From contig CAZRVG010000001.1 of NCBI GenBank assembly GCA_964603475.1, positions 1 to 61,987 of the forward strand: a stretch of DNA of 61,987 nt, written 5' to 3'. Shown here piece after piece: positions 46,431 through 55,664 of the stretch (position 1 is the stretch's first letter; each line of letters opens with the position of its first letter). The translations under genes were made by a program, and so were the position numbers. Below the pieces are notes generated by a model, which was not told where the DNA came from, did no database searches, and was given only the letters and a program-made list of their open reading frames with translations. Origin of the DNA: an uncultured Candidatus Saccharibacteria bacterium (GTDB lineage Bacteria > Patescibacteriota > Minisyncoccia > Minisyncoccales > UBA5738).

Positions 46431-48287
46431 TTATTTTTTGTCTTTGACAAAATTATTTATAGCGGCCAAAAATTGATCCCCGAATTGTTTCAATTTCACC
46501 GCGCCCACCCCGTTTATTTGCAAGAATTCTTCGCTGTTTTTTGGGCAATGACGCGCCATTTCCTGCAAAGCCGCGTTGCCGAAAATCACAAACGGCGGCA
46601 CACCGGCTTTATCGGCCAGCTGTTTGCGCAACGCTCTTAATTTTTCAAACAAATCCTTGTTGTATCCAATTTTATCGGCATCATCATTTTGAAAGTCTTT
46701 TTGCCGCGCTTCGTCTTTTGCTATCTTCAACGCCGGCATTATTAATTTTTCGTTTCCTTGCATAAATGCCGCGCCCAATCTGGTAATCGCCAAAGTTGGA
46801 TACAAGCCTTCGTTTTTGGCTAAATAGCCGATTTTGACCAGATGGTCGATAATTTCCAGCGTTTCGGCCCGCGAGAAATCATTGGCAATGCCATAAACCG
46901 AAAGCTTATTGTGTCCGTTCGCCAGAATCTTTTTGTTTTTGCTTCCCGACAAAACATCGGCAACATAATGCTTGCCAAAGCGGTTTTTGAGCCTTGCCGC
47001 CGCCGAAAGTATTTTTTTGGCAATAATTGCCGCGTCAAAATCAGCCTGCTCGATCTTCCCTCCACCGTCAAAAGACTTAATAGAAGAAAAATTTTTGACA
47101 AATGACGGCTTGCAAATATCGCAGCTTCCGCAATTATTGTCTTGCAATTCCTCGCCGAAGTAATTGAGCAAATACTTTTTTCGGCAAGTGGTCAATTCCG
47201 CGTATTTCATCACTTGTTTCAATTGCTCCATTGTTTTCCGGCGCAAAAAATCATCTTGAATTTTGTTGATAAAAAATTCGTGTTTGCGCGTATCGGCATA
47301 AGTATAAAATAAAACGCATTCACTGGGCAGATTATCTCTGCCCGCACGCCCGATCTCCTGGTAATAGCCTTCCAAAGTCTTGGGATAAGTGTAATGCACC
47401 ACCAGCCTCACGTCCGGCTTATCAATCCCCATGCCAAACGCGATTGTCGCCGCGATGATATTCACCTCGTCGCGGATAAACAATTCCTGCGCCTCGTTGC
47501 GCTCCTTGGCGCTCAATCCGGCGTGATATGCCCGCGCCTTGAATTTGCGCCTCCGCAATTTCATTGCGATTTCTTCGGTTTCACGGCGCGAAAAGCAATA
47601 GATAATCACCGGCTCATTTCGATATCCTTCCAACAATCCGGTCAATTTGAAAAACGCATCTTTTTTCTCAATCACGCGCACATGCAAGTTGGCGCGATTG
47701 AAGCTTGAAACAAAAATTCCGGCATTTTTTAACCGCAGTTGATTGATAATATCCTCGCGCACTCTCTTGGTGGCGGTGGCGGTGAGCGCGATCAGCGGCA
47801 CCTTTGGAAAAAGCTCTTTTAATAAGCTCAAATGCCGATAATCCGGCCGAAAGTCGTGCCCCCACTCCGAAATACAATGCGCCTCGTCCACCGCGATCAA
47901 GCTGATACGCAAACCATTCAAAAAATCCCGAAACCCCGCCAGCGCGAACCGCTCCGGCGCCACATATAAAATTTTAATTTCGTTGTTTTTGATTCGGCGG
48001 CAAATTTCTTCAATTTGCTTTTGCGATAAAGTGGAATTAATAAATTCCGCGGGCGCGCCGCAGGCCCGCAAAACATCCGCTTGGTCCTTCATCAACGCGA
48101 TCAGCGGCGAAATCACCAGCGCCGTTCCCGGCATCTTCAACGCCGGCAATTGATAGCAAAGCGATTTCCCGCCTCCGGTGGGCATCAAAACAAAACAATC
48201 GCCGCCGCCCTCGACCCGATTAACGATATCTTCCTGCAACGGCCGAAACTCGTCATACCCAAAATACTTCTTAAGCAAATTTTTCAT
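46431..48287 (-). CDS. recQ: DNA helicase RecQ
   Basis: [39 protein letters not shown] and HRDC domains. Confidence 0.97.
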   Translation of the reverse strand: MKNLLKKYFGYDEFRPLQEDIVNRVEGGGDCFVLMPTGGGKSLCYQLPALKMPGTALVISPLIALMKDQADVLRACGAPAEFINSTLSQKQIEEICRRIKNNEIKILYVAPERFALAGFRDFLNGLRISLIAVDEAHCISEWGHDFRPDYRHLSLLKELFPKVPLIALTATATKRVREDIINQLRLKNAGIFVSSFNRANLHVRVIEKKDAFFKLTGLLEGYRNEPVIIYCFSRRETEEIAMKLRRRKFKARAYHAGLSAKERNEAQELFIRDEVNIIAATIAFGMGIDKPDVRLVVHYTYPKTLEGYYQEIGRAGRDNLPSECVLFYTYADTRKHEFFINKIQDDFLRRKTMEQLKQVMKYAELTTCRKKYLLNYFGEELQDNNCGSCDICKPSFVKNFSSIKSFDGGGKIEQADFDAAIIAKKILSAAARLKNRFGKHYVADVLSGSKNKKILANGHNKLSVYGIANDFSRAETLEIIDHLVKIGYLAKNEGLYPTLAITRLGAAFMQGNEKLIMPALKIAKDEARQKDFQNDDADKIGYNKDLFEKLRALRKQLADKAGVPPFVIFGNAALQEMARHCPKNSEEFLQINGVGAVKLKQFGDQFLAAINNFVKDKK

Positions 48288-48315
48288 ATAAAGATTTTTT
48301 GGCCATATAAATAAT

Positions 48316-48522
48316 CTAATAAATCAAATCCGCATATTTATTTTCGGATTTGTCGTCGTGGGTTAAGCTCCAAACCAGCGCGATCACCCAGGCAATAAAA
48401 GTCCACCCCAACAAAAGGTTCAACGCAAAGATCGCGCCCAAATTTTTCTTCCTTCTCGCGGCGGCAACAATGCTCGGGAAAAAATACGTTAACAAACATA
48501 TCAAAACCACTTCTGCAAACAT
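48316..48522 (-). CDS. Superinfection immunity protein family (T4 Imm-like)
   Basis: YFFPSIVA...[22 protein letters not shown]. Confidence 0.85.
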   Translation of the reverse strand: MFAEVVLICLLTYFFPSIVAAARRKKNLGAIFALNLLLGWTFIAWVIALVWSLTHDDKSENKYADLIY

Positions 48523-48658
48523 AATTTTGAATTAATAATTATCAAGCCAATCCACATTTAAATACTACAATCTTATTCTTTTTATGCAAAGACCAATTAA
48601 ACGGGATCAAACCTGTTTTGCCGATTATATAAAAAAAGAAGAAACCGTAAAAAGTTTC

Positions 48659-48970
48659 TCATGCCCGATAAATATAAAACGGGCCATCTGATTTAACATA
48701 TAGGTTCGGCGGCCGCCCATTAACCACTGTGTTCGCATTTTGGTCAAAGTAGATCTTGGCTGGAGCGGGAATAAAACCAAATGTAGCCCCTTGTCGAACA
48801 TATATATTATCAGCGAAAATATATCCGCCACAATAGCTGGCACCATATAATTCCAGATGAGCAACAAACGCATGCCCATCATCCATTGGCCGTATTATTG
48901 CTTCTTGCCCATTTACCGGCACAACGACCGATAAACAGACGAGGGTCAAAAACAACAAAAGCGTTTTCAC
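48659..48970 (-). CDS. Hypothetical secreted protein
   Basis: Signal peptide; strong AAGGAGGT SD before GTG. Confidence 0.7.
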   Translation of the reverse strand: MKTLLLFLTLVCLSVVVPVNGQEAIIRPMDDGHAFVAHLELYGASYCGGYIFADNIYVRQGATFGFIPAPAKIYFDQNANTVVNGRPPNLYVKSDGPFYIYRA

Positions 48971-49081
48971 GTTTCTCTACCTCCTTTTTAACGGATCAGT
49001 AGCAAAACAATACTATATTTCTATGATATTGTCAATATCAGGGCTACGAATGTATATATTCAAAATCTATTCTCCACAATT

Positions 49082-49110
49082 TATTTCACCTTTCGCCCGA
49101 AACATCCCAT
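49082..49110. repeat. CACC-TTTCG-cc-CGAAA-CATCC motif, copy A
   Basis: ~30-bp match to 59112-59140 with the central dinucleotide changed. Confidence 0.75.
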
Positions 49111-49160
49111 ACGTTAAATTGCAAAAATCAAATTCGGCTTCGGCAATGCCGCGGGTTTAT

Positions 49161-49445
49161 TTATTGATGCTTCTTTTTCACGATTTCGTAGTTTTCTTGG
49201 AGATATTGCAAGTCTTCATAGAGCTTGGAAAATATTTTTTCTTTTTCAAAATCGGGTTCTTTGAGGGCAATGTTGATGATTGTTGCCAAAACCGAAAAAT
49301 AATCGCCTTGTTCAATGTGAAATTCCAAATGCTTGACGCGCTCGGCGCGATTTTCCAAATCGCGGACAAACCAAACCATCGGCGATTTCCCCTCGACCGC
49401 CAACATCCCGCAATCTGTTCGTTGTGTGTAATGTTTCTTAATCAT
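49161..49445 (-). CDS. Hypothetical protein
   Basis: ATG overlaps the upstream stop; FHIEQGDYF...DLQYLQENY. Confidence 0.6.
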   Translation of the reverse strand: MIKKHYTQRTDCGMLAVEGKSPMVWFVRDLENRAERVKHLEFHIEQGDYFSVLATIINIALKEPDFEKEKIFSKLYEDLQYLQENYEIVKKKHQ

Positions 49446-49617
49446 TTTTCCGCCAATAACACTTTGGACATTCCCAATATTCGCTTTTGATGGTTTTACC
49501 AAGATTAAAAAAATAATGGCCGTTGCGATAGGTTCCATCTTTATACAAAATAATCTTAATATCTTTGCCGCAAATGACACAAGTTCTATTTAATCTTTTT
49601 AAAATTTCTTTTTTCAT
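49438..49617 (-). CDS. Small zinc-ribbon-like protein
   Basis: CVIC ... CPKC. Confidence 0.65.
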   Translation of the reverse strand: MKKEILKRLNRTCVICGKDIKIILYKDGTYRNGHYFFNLGKTIKSEYWECPKCYWRKND

Positions 49618-49625
49618 CAAAATAA

Positions 49626-50285
49626 TTATAACAACCCTTTATCATTAAGACTTAAAAAATCGCTTTTTGTTACGATCACGTGATCGGTTAAGCCGATGCC
49701 CATAATTTTTCCGGCATCAACCAATCTTTTGGTTATCGCCACATCATCGCTTGAGGGAACGGCATTGCCGCTGGGGTGATTGTGCGCTGCGATGATGCCG
49801 GCGGCGTGCAGGGCGATCGCCGGCTCAAACACTTCGCGCGGATGCACCAGGCTGGCATTGAGCGTGCCGATGGAAATAATCTGCCGCTCAATCAGCGCGT
49901 TGGCAGTGTCCAAATAAAAAACCGCGAAATGTTCTTTTTTGGAAGCGCGAAAATCAACGCACAATTTCCAAACATCTTCGGGGGTTAAAATCTCCGGATG
50001 GCTTTGCGAGTTAACTCGCTTTCCAAATTCCAACGCCGCGATCACCTGCAATGATTTTACCTTGCCCAACCCCTTTTCTTGGAGCAGATTTTCCAATTTA
50101 ACCTTATCAACGCCAAATTTGGCAATCAACTTCACGATTCGTCTTGATAATTGAATCACGTTCAATCCCTTAATCCCCGACCCCAACAAAACCGCCAACA
50201 ATTCGGCGTTTGCCAATCTATCCGGTCCGTATTTTTCCAATTTTTCCCGCGGCCGGTCAACTTTTTCCAAATCCTTAATCTTCAT
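49626..50285 (-). CDS. radC: RadC / JAB-domain protein
   Basis: RPREKL, GTLNASLVHPREVF, HNHPSG, DHVIV. Confidence 0.93.
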   Translation of the reverse strand: MKIKDLEKVDRPREKLEKYGPDRLANAELLAVLLGSGIKGLNVIQLSRRIVKLIAKFGVDKVKLENLLQEKGLGKVKSLQVIAALEFGKRVNSQSHPEILTPEDVWKLCVDFRASKKEHFAVFYLDTANALIERQIISIGTLNASLVHPREVFEPAIALHAAGIIAAHNHPSGNAVPSSDDVAITKRLVDAGKIMGIGLTDHVIVTKSDFLSLNDKGLL

Positions 50286-50365
50286 ACCCAAATTCTACCA
50301 TTATTCAAATAAAAACAAAAAACATTCCAACATTATGCGGAATGTTGGAATATTTTTTGAAAGTG

Positions 50366-52576
50366 TTAATTTTTGGGCCAGCTTTCAACAATTAGGTCGG
50401 TTTTGTTTTTCAGGGGCAGGGCGCGCCAGAGTTCTTCGGTGATAAACGGCATAAAGGGGTGTAGGAATTTGAGGGAATTTGCCAAAACGTAGATTAAAAT
50501 TTTTTGTGAGTTTTGCGCTTCATCCTTCTTCTTGGGTTCGCGGATTTGGTTTTTTGCCGCTTCAATGTAGACATCGCAAAACTCGTGCCAAAAGAATTCA
50601 TAGAGATCGCGAATCGCGTGCCCGAAATCATATGCGTTAATCTTTTTTTCGGTGGATTTGGCAATTTTTGCCAATCCGGAAAGAATTTTGCGGTCCGCGG
50701 CGGTGATTGGCTTGGGTTTTGCGGTTAGCGAATATATATTCTTTTTGCCGTTTTCCAACTGGAAAAGCACAAAACGCGCGGCATTCCAAATTTTGTTGCA
50801 AAACTTGCGGCCGGAAATCATCGTGTCCTCGTTGAAATGAATATCTTGCGATTCGCTGATCTGCCAAGCCAATCCGAATCGAGTGGCATCGGTGCCGTAT
50901 TTTTCAATCAGCATCATCGGATCAATGCCGGTACCCAGAGATTTTGACATTCTTCTGCCGTCTTTGGTCAAGACCATGGCATTGATAATCACTCGCGAAA
51001 ACGGGGCTTTATTCATAAATTCCATACCCGAGAACACCATTCGCGCCACCCAAAGATTGATAATATCACGACCAGTGGTCAAAACTGAGGTGGGATAAAA
51101 CTTTTTCAAATCTTTGGCGCTTTTGGGCCAGCCAAACACCGCCAGCGGCCACAATGCCGAAGAAAACCACGTGTCAAAAACATCCTCGCTGCGCTTCATT
51201 TGACAATTTTTGCCCCTCGCTTCGCTCGGGACTCGCGCGTTCCGCGCTTCGCAAAACGGGCACTTTTTGGGTTCTTTTGAGGCAATAACATATTTATCGG
51301 GCTCGGCCTCGCAAAACCACACCGGCAAACGCTGTCCCCACCACAGCTGGCGCGACACGCACCAGTCGCGCGGCTCTTTGAGCCACGCGTAATAGGTTTT
51401 TTCCCATCGTTTGGGATGAAATTTCACCTTGCCCGATTTTGCCGCTTGCAAAGCCTTTTTTGCCAATTCATCCATTTTCACAAACCATTGCATTGACGGA
51501 ATCAACTGAATCGCCGCGCCGCAACGGGAGCATTTGGGCATTTGGTGGGCATAATCCTCTATTTTTTCCACCAAACCCATTGCTTGCAAATCTTTGACAA
51601 TCTTTTGCCGGGCATCAATGGCTTTTAGTCCGCGGTATGCTTCAGGGGCGTTATCATTCATTTTGCCCCGCTCGTCAATCACGGAAATCAGCGGCAGTTT
51701 GTGTTTTTGCCCGATCTGCCAGTCGTTTAGATCATGGGCGGGAGTGATTTTTACCGCGCCGGTGCCAAAATGAATATCAATGGAATTGTCGGCAACAATC
51801 GGAATGACGCGGCCAATAATCGGCAAGACCGCGTTTTTGCCGATTAAATCCTTGTAGCGGCTGTCTTTGGGATTAACCGCCACGGCAGTGTCGCCCAAAA
51901 GCGTTTCCGGGCGCGTGGTGGCCGCCGTGATATATTTTTTCGGTTGATTTTCAATGGGGTATTTCAAATACCAAAGCTTTGAATCCTCGGCGGTGTAATC
52001 GGTTTCCAGATCCGAGATGGACGTGCCGCAACGCGGACACCAATTCACCACGCGCTGGCCGCGATAGACCCACCCTTGCTTGTGGTAGTGCGCGAAAGCG
52101 GCTTCCACCGCGCTGACATAGTCTTCATCCATGGTGAATTTGGTTCTTGACCAGTCGCACGATGCCCCCATGGCGCGAATTTGATTTAGAATAATATTGC
52201 CGTATTCATCGCGCCAATCCCACGCTCTTTTGATGAATTTTTCGCGCCCCAAATCAAAACGACTCACGCCTTCCTTGCGCAATTTTTTTTCCAGCGTGCT
52301 TTGGAGCCCGATGCTGGCATGATCGGTTCCCGGAATCCAAACCGACGCTTCGCCTTTCATGCGGTGATAGCGCACCAACGCATCTTGAATGGTGATATTC
52401 AGCGCGTGCCCCATATGCAATGTGCCGGTGACATTTGGCGGCGGCAAAACCACCGAAAAAACTTTCTTGCTTTTCGGTTTGATTTTGTCGGGATTGAAAT
52501 AGCCTTTCTTCTCCCAATTTTGATAGATTCTTTTTTCCGTCTCTTTTGGATCATATCGATTCGGCAAAGTTTCCAT
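50366..52576 (-). CDS. valS: Valine--tRNA ligase (short, no C-terminal coiled coil)
   Basis: PPNVTGTLHMGH, GTDHA, DWCVSRQLWWG, DTWFSS, RMSKS. Confidence 0.97.
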   Translation of the reverse strand: METLPNRYDPKETEKRIYQNWEKKGYFNPDKIKPKSKKVFSVVLPPPNVTGTLHMGHALNITIQDALVRYHRMKGEASVWIPGTDHASIGLQSTLEKKLRKEGVSRFDLGREKFIKRAWDWRDEYGNIILNQIRAMGASCDWSRTKFTMDEDYVSAVEAAFAHYHKQGWVYRGQRVVNWCPRCGTSISDLETDYTAEDSKLWYLKYPIENQPKKYITAATTRPETLLGDTAVAVNPKDSRYKDLIGKNAVLPIIGRVIPIVADNSIDIHFGTGAVKITPAHDLNDWQIGQKHKLPLISVIDERGKMNDNAPEAYRGLKAIDARQKIVKDLQAMGLVEKIEDYAHQMPKCSRCGAAIQLIPSMQWFVKMDELAKKALQAAKSGKVKFHPKRWEKTYYAWLKEPRDWCVSRQLWWGQRLPVWFCEAEPDKYVIASKEPKKCPFCEARNARVPSEARGKNCQMKRSEDVFDTWFSSALWPLAVFGWPKSAKDLKKFYPTSVLTTGRDIINLWVARMVFSGMEFMNKAPFSRVIINAMVLTKDGRRMSKSLGTGIDPMMLIEKYGTDATRFGLAWQISESQDIHFNEDTMISGRKFCNKIWNAARFVLFQLENGKKNIYSLTAKPKPITAADRKILSGLAKIAKSTEKKINAYDFGHAIRDLYEFFWHEFCDVYIEAAKNQIREPKKKDEAQNSQKILIYVLANSLKFLHPFMPFITEELWRALPLKNKTDLIVESWPKN
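51211..51252 (-). repeat. GAA-triloop mini-hairpin cluster in-frame in valS (ARNARVPSEARG)
   Basis: Minus strand GCGAAGC, GCGCG-GAA-CGCGC, CGA-GCGAAGC-GAG. Confidence 0.6.
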
Positions 52577-52660
52577 ATTTTTTAACAAAATATAATATTT
52601 TCAACGCTATCAAATTAGCACGCAAGCGGTCAAAAATAAACCCCTTCCCTCGCGGGTAAA

Positions 52661-54334
52661 TCATTTACCGGTTTGAGCAGGTTCGCGATCATCCATGGGC
52701 AATTTAATGATAAAAGTGCTCCCCTTGCCCCAGCCTTCGGATTCCACGCGGATTTCACCACCATTGGTTTTTATCATTTGTGCCGCTAAATACAACCCAA
52801 TACCCTTGCCGTTGATATTAACGTTTTTCGCTTTCGTGCCGCGTTCAAAAACTCGCTCAAAAAGATCTTGCTGCTCTTTTTCATCCATCCCGATGCCGCT
52901 ATCGGCCACCGACACGCGCAAACAATTATCGCAAACACTCATCGAAACCAACACTCCGCCCCTATCGGTATACTTGATCGCGTTGTCAACGATATTATAA
53001 ATCGCCTCGCGGATACCATGGATATCGATATTGATCAAAGGCGTCGGCGCATTGGGCTTTTTAAACCGCAAGTATATTTTTTTTTCTGCGGCATTCTTTT
53101 TTAAATCCGCAATAACTTCGGAAACCAACCCAACCACATCGGCAGGCTCTTTGGCCGCCATCTCCTTGTTCATTTGAAAATGCGCCACATCCAAAAGATC
53201 GTTAATCAACCGAATCAGTTTTTGTGTTTCCTTCAAGGACGTACCGATCTTTTCTTTGGCCTTGGCCGAAATCCGTCCATAATCACCCTCGTTTATCATG
53301 CTCAAATAACCCTGCACCACCGATAGCGGACTGCGCAAATGATGCTGGGTGGAAAGCAAAAATTGCGTCTTGGCCGCATCAATGCGCCTTAAATCTTCGG
53401 CCAACCTCTCCGCCTCCCCGCGCAACTCCCGCTCCCTCGCCGCCACCAATTCCGCCTCCTCCCGCCTCTTGCTCTCTTTGAGGGTTGTTCTAATAAGACA
53501 ATAACCGAAGAAAGAAAACAAAATTAGAACCCCGGCCGAAATAATTTTTAGAACAGTTGTCGGCATTAAAAAAAATTGGGTTGCCAGAATAATACCCATC
53601 AGTCCAACCAATATCTCGGTCAAAATAACCCTAACGTCAAAGAGATGATATTTAAGAATCGCCAAAGCGATTATCGTCACAGCAACAATTTCAGCCCAAT
53701 AAGCTCCTATGGGATTAATATTTAAATTATATGCAGGTAAAAAAGCATACGCCCCCAAATTTAATATTATAAACGCCACAAATAAAAATTTTACCGATTT
53801 GATATTTTCTTTTTCATTATTAGTTCCAAAATTATCGCGGCATTTTAAAAATAAATATCGATATATTTCAAATAAAAATAAAAATATATAGGCTGAATAA
53901 AAAACTAAAAATAAATGGTGGAAAATACCCGCCTGCGTGTGATACCCCCATTCATAATAATACAAACCAGAAATAAAATTATCCGTCCTGCTCAGAACAA
54001 GAAACAAGAAAGAGAGAAAGTAGCCAAAAAGAAGTTTGAATTTATTTTTAATCTCCCTGCGGGTAAAAATAAGGCCGAAATGATACATCAACACCGGAAC
54101 AAAAACAACTCCGACATAAACCATTCTATCCCAAAAAATAATATCCTTCTCACATCCGCTAACATACATCATGTGTGTTGACAAAAGCCAATTTGACATT
54201 GCAACACAAAAAACTAGAAAAATAATATTTAATTTTTTTTGAATATTTTTCCAAAAAACAAAAACGCCCAGCACTATCATTAACAAGCCGCTGATTAACG
54301 CAGAATATGAATTAACAAGCAATAATATATCCAT
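52661..54334 (-). CDS. Sensor histidine kinase with a multi-TM (HisKA_7TM-like) N-terminus
   Basis: H-box QHHLRSPL, NIVDNAIKY, DSGIG, GKGIGL, GKGSTF. Confidence 0.92.
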   Translation of the reverse strand: MDILLLVNSYSALISGLLMIVLGVFVFWKNIQKKLNIIFLVFCVAMSNWLLSTHMMYVSGCEKDIIFWDRMVYVGVVFVPVLMYHFGLIFTRREIKNKFKLLFGYFLSFLFLVLSRTDNFISGLYYYEWGYHTQAGIFHHLFLVFYSAYIFLFLFEIYRYLFLKCRDNFGTNNEKENIKSVKFLFVAFIILNLGAYAFLPAYNLNINPIGAYWAEIVAVTIIALAILKYHLFDVRVILTEILVGLMGIILATQFFLMPTTVLKIISAGVLILFSFFGYCLIRTTLKESKRREEAELVAARERELRGEAERLAEDLRRIDAAKTQFLLSTQHHLRSPLSVVQGYLSMINEGDYGRISAKAKEKIGTSLKETQKLIRLINDLLDVAHFQMNKEMAAKEPADVVGLVSEVIADLKKNAAEKKIYLRFKKPNAPTPLINIDIHGIREAIYNIVDNAIKYTDRGGVLVSMSVCDNCLRVSVADSGIGMDEKEQQDLFERVFERGTKAKNVNINGKGIGLYLAAQMIKTNGGEIRVESEGWGKGSTFIIKLPMDDREPAQTGK

Positions 54335-54344
54335 TTGATAAAAT

Positions 54345-55382
54345 TTATTCGCGAAGGATCAAATTCCCGTTTAGTTTTTTACCAAAACTGTGATATATAT
54401 CGATTTTAAATTGATCGGAATATTTATCCATTAATTTCAGCATCTTTCTTGCTAATTCAGGTGTTGTAAATCCAACATAATTATTTTTATTTTCATCCAT
54501 TGCCAAAAGCATCGTTTCGGCCAAGCAAGCATATGCTTGATGCCTTTTAAGACCAATATTAACGCCAAAATCAATTGATGGCACATTAACTATGCCGCCG
54601 TCAATAATAGTGGCATCCGGCCTTTTTTTGAGTAATTCAGGGGAAGTATTACGAGGCTGGGTTATGTCATAAATAATTGCATTTTGTTTCAAATGGTCCG
54701 CTCTTATTAATTGATCCATCGAAGATGTTGCAATTACGGAAATATCGGCATATTTGATTGATGCGGTATCTGTTTCAATCCGCACTTTTGGATATGAAAA
54801 AAATCTTTTTTCTAGTTTCTTGCTTTTTTGCGGCCTATCAACAAGCAAAACATTGAGACCTCTTTGAATTAATAACTCGGCTACGCCTTGGCCGATGGAG
54901 CCGGCCGCACCAACAATGGCGACTTGAGCTTCGGCAGTATTAATTTTTTTAATTTCAATAATTTTTTCCACCGCCCTAAAAACAACACCCGTGGTAAGGG
55001 AATTGCCACTGGTAATACTGACCCCTTCAACCAATCCCACCAAATCCCTACCACCATGAGTCACGGAAGCAGTGAACTCTCCCAATCCAATAACTTTTGC
55101 TCCCAAATCTTTCATCATTTTAATCGCTTTGACGAGTCTGACAATAACTATTTTTTTCGGCAAAGTTAAAATTTGCTCCCCCAAAAGAGGAATCCAGACA
55201 ATCCATCCGATCAATTCGGTTTTATTATTTTCAAATTTCACTCTTCCTGCCTTAATCGGCCCAAGAAAAGTAATGATTTTTTTCAAAATAAATTCGGGAA
55301 ATAACAAAAAAAACGGCGATACCTTGCCCATATCCTCCCTTGCTGAATGACGTGGATGAACTAAAAACGCAAATTTATTCAT
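54345..55382 (-). CDS. NAD(P)-binding reductase, COG5322 / acyl-ACP reductase-like
   Basis: FAFLVHP start, GLGEFTAS, TSGNSLT, GAAGSIG, DITQPRN, ACLAETMLL. Confidence 0.72.
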   Translation of the reverse strand: MNKFAFLVHPRHSAREDMGKVSPFFLLFPEFILKKIITFLGPIKAGRVKFENNKTELIGWIVWIPLLGEQILTLPKKIVIVRLVKAIKMMKDLGAKVIGLGEFTASVTHGGRDLVGLVEGVSITSGNSLTTGVVFRAVEKIIEIKKINTAEAQVAIVGAAGSIGQGVAELLIQRGLNVLLVDRPQKSKKLEKRFFSYPKVRIETDTASIKYADISVIATSSMDQLIRADHLKQNAIIYDITQPRNTSPELLKKRPDATIIDGGIVNVPSIDFGVNIGLKRHQAYACLAETMLLAMDENKNNYVGFTTPELARKMLKLMDKYSDQFKIDIYHSFGKKLNGNLILRE

Positions 55383-55664
55383 TGTTTAATAAAATTTTAA
55401 AATAAAATATTGATAAATTGGCGGATTACGGGGAGGTATTCAAAAATTGCCCATACCAAGATCGCGAAAAAACCGACAATCAAAATAAAATCTATCAATT
55501 TGTTCATAGAGAATACTGTTTGTTTTGAAACGTATTATTTTTATTATACTCTAAATTTTATCGACTTCAAATTTATTCAAAAAAAACAACGCAAGCTTTT
55601 ATTCCGCGCCGCCAAATTTGGTCAAGGTGAAACCTTGCCACACTTTTTTCCGCCCGGCGCCGCC

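Noticed and set aside
48599-48618. Degenerate RRGT-TTG-AYYY palindrome (aaacgggatcaaacctgttt)
   Set aside because: Arms too imperfect to count as a REP copy without a genome-wide model.
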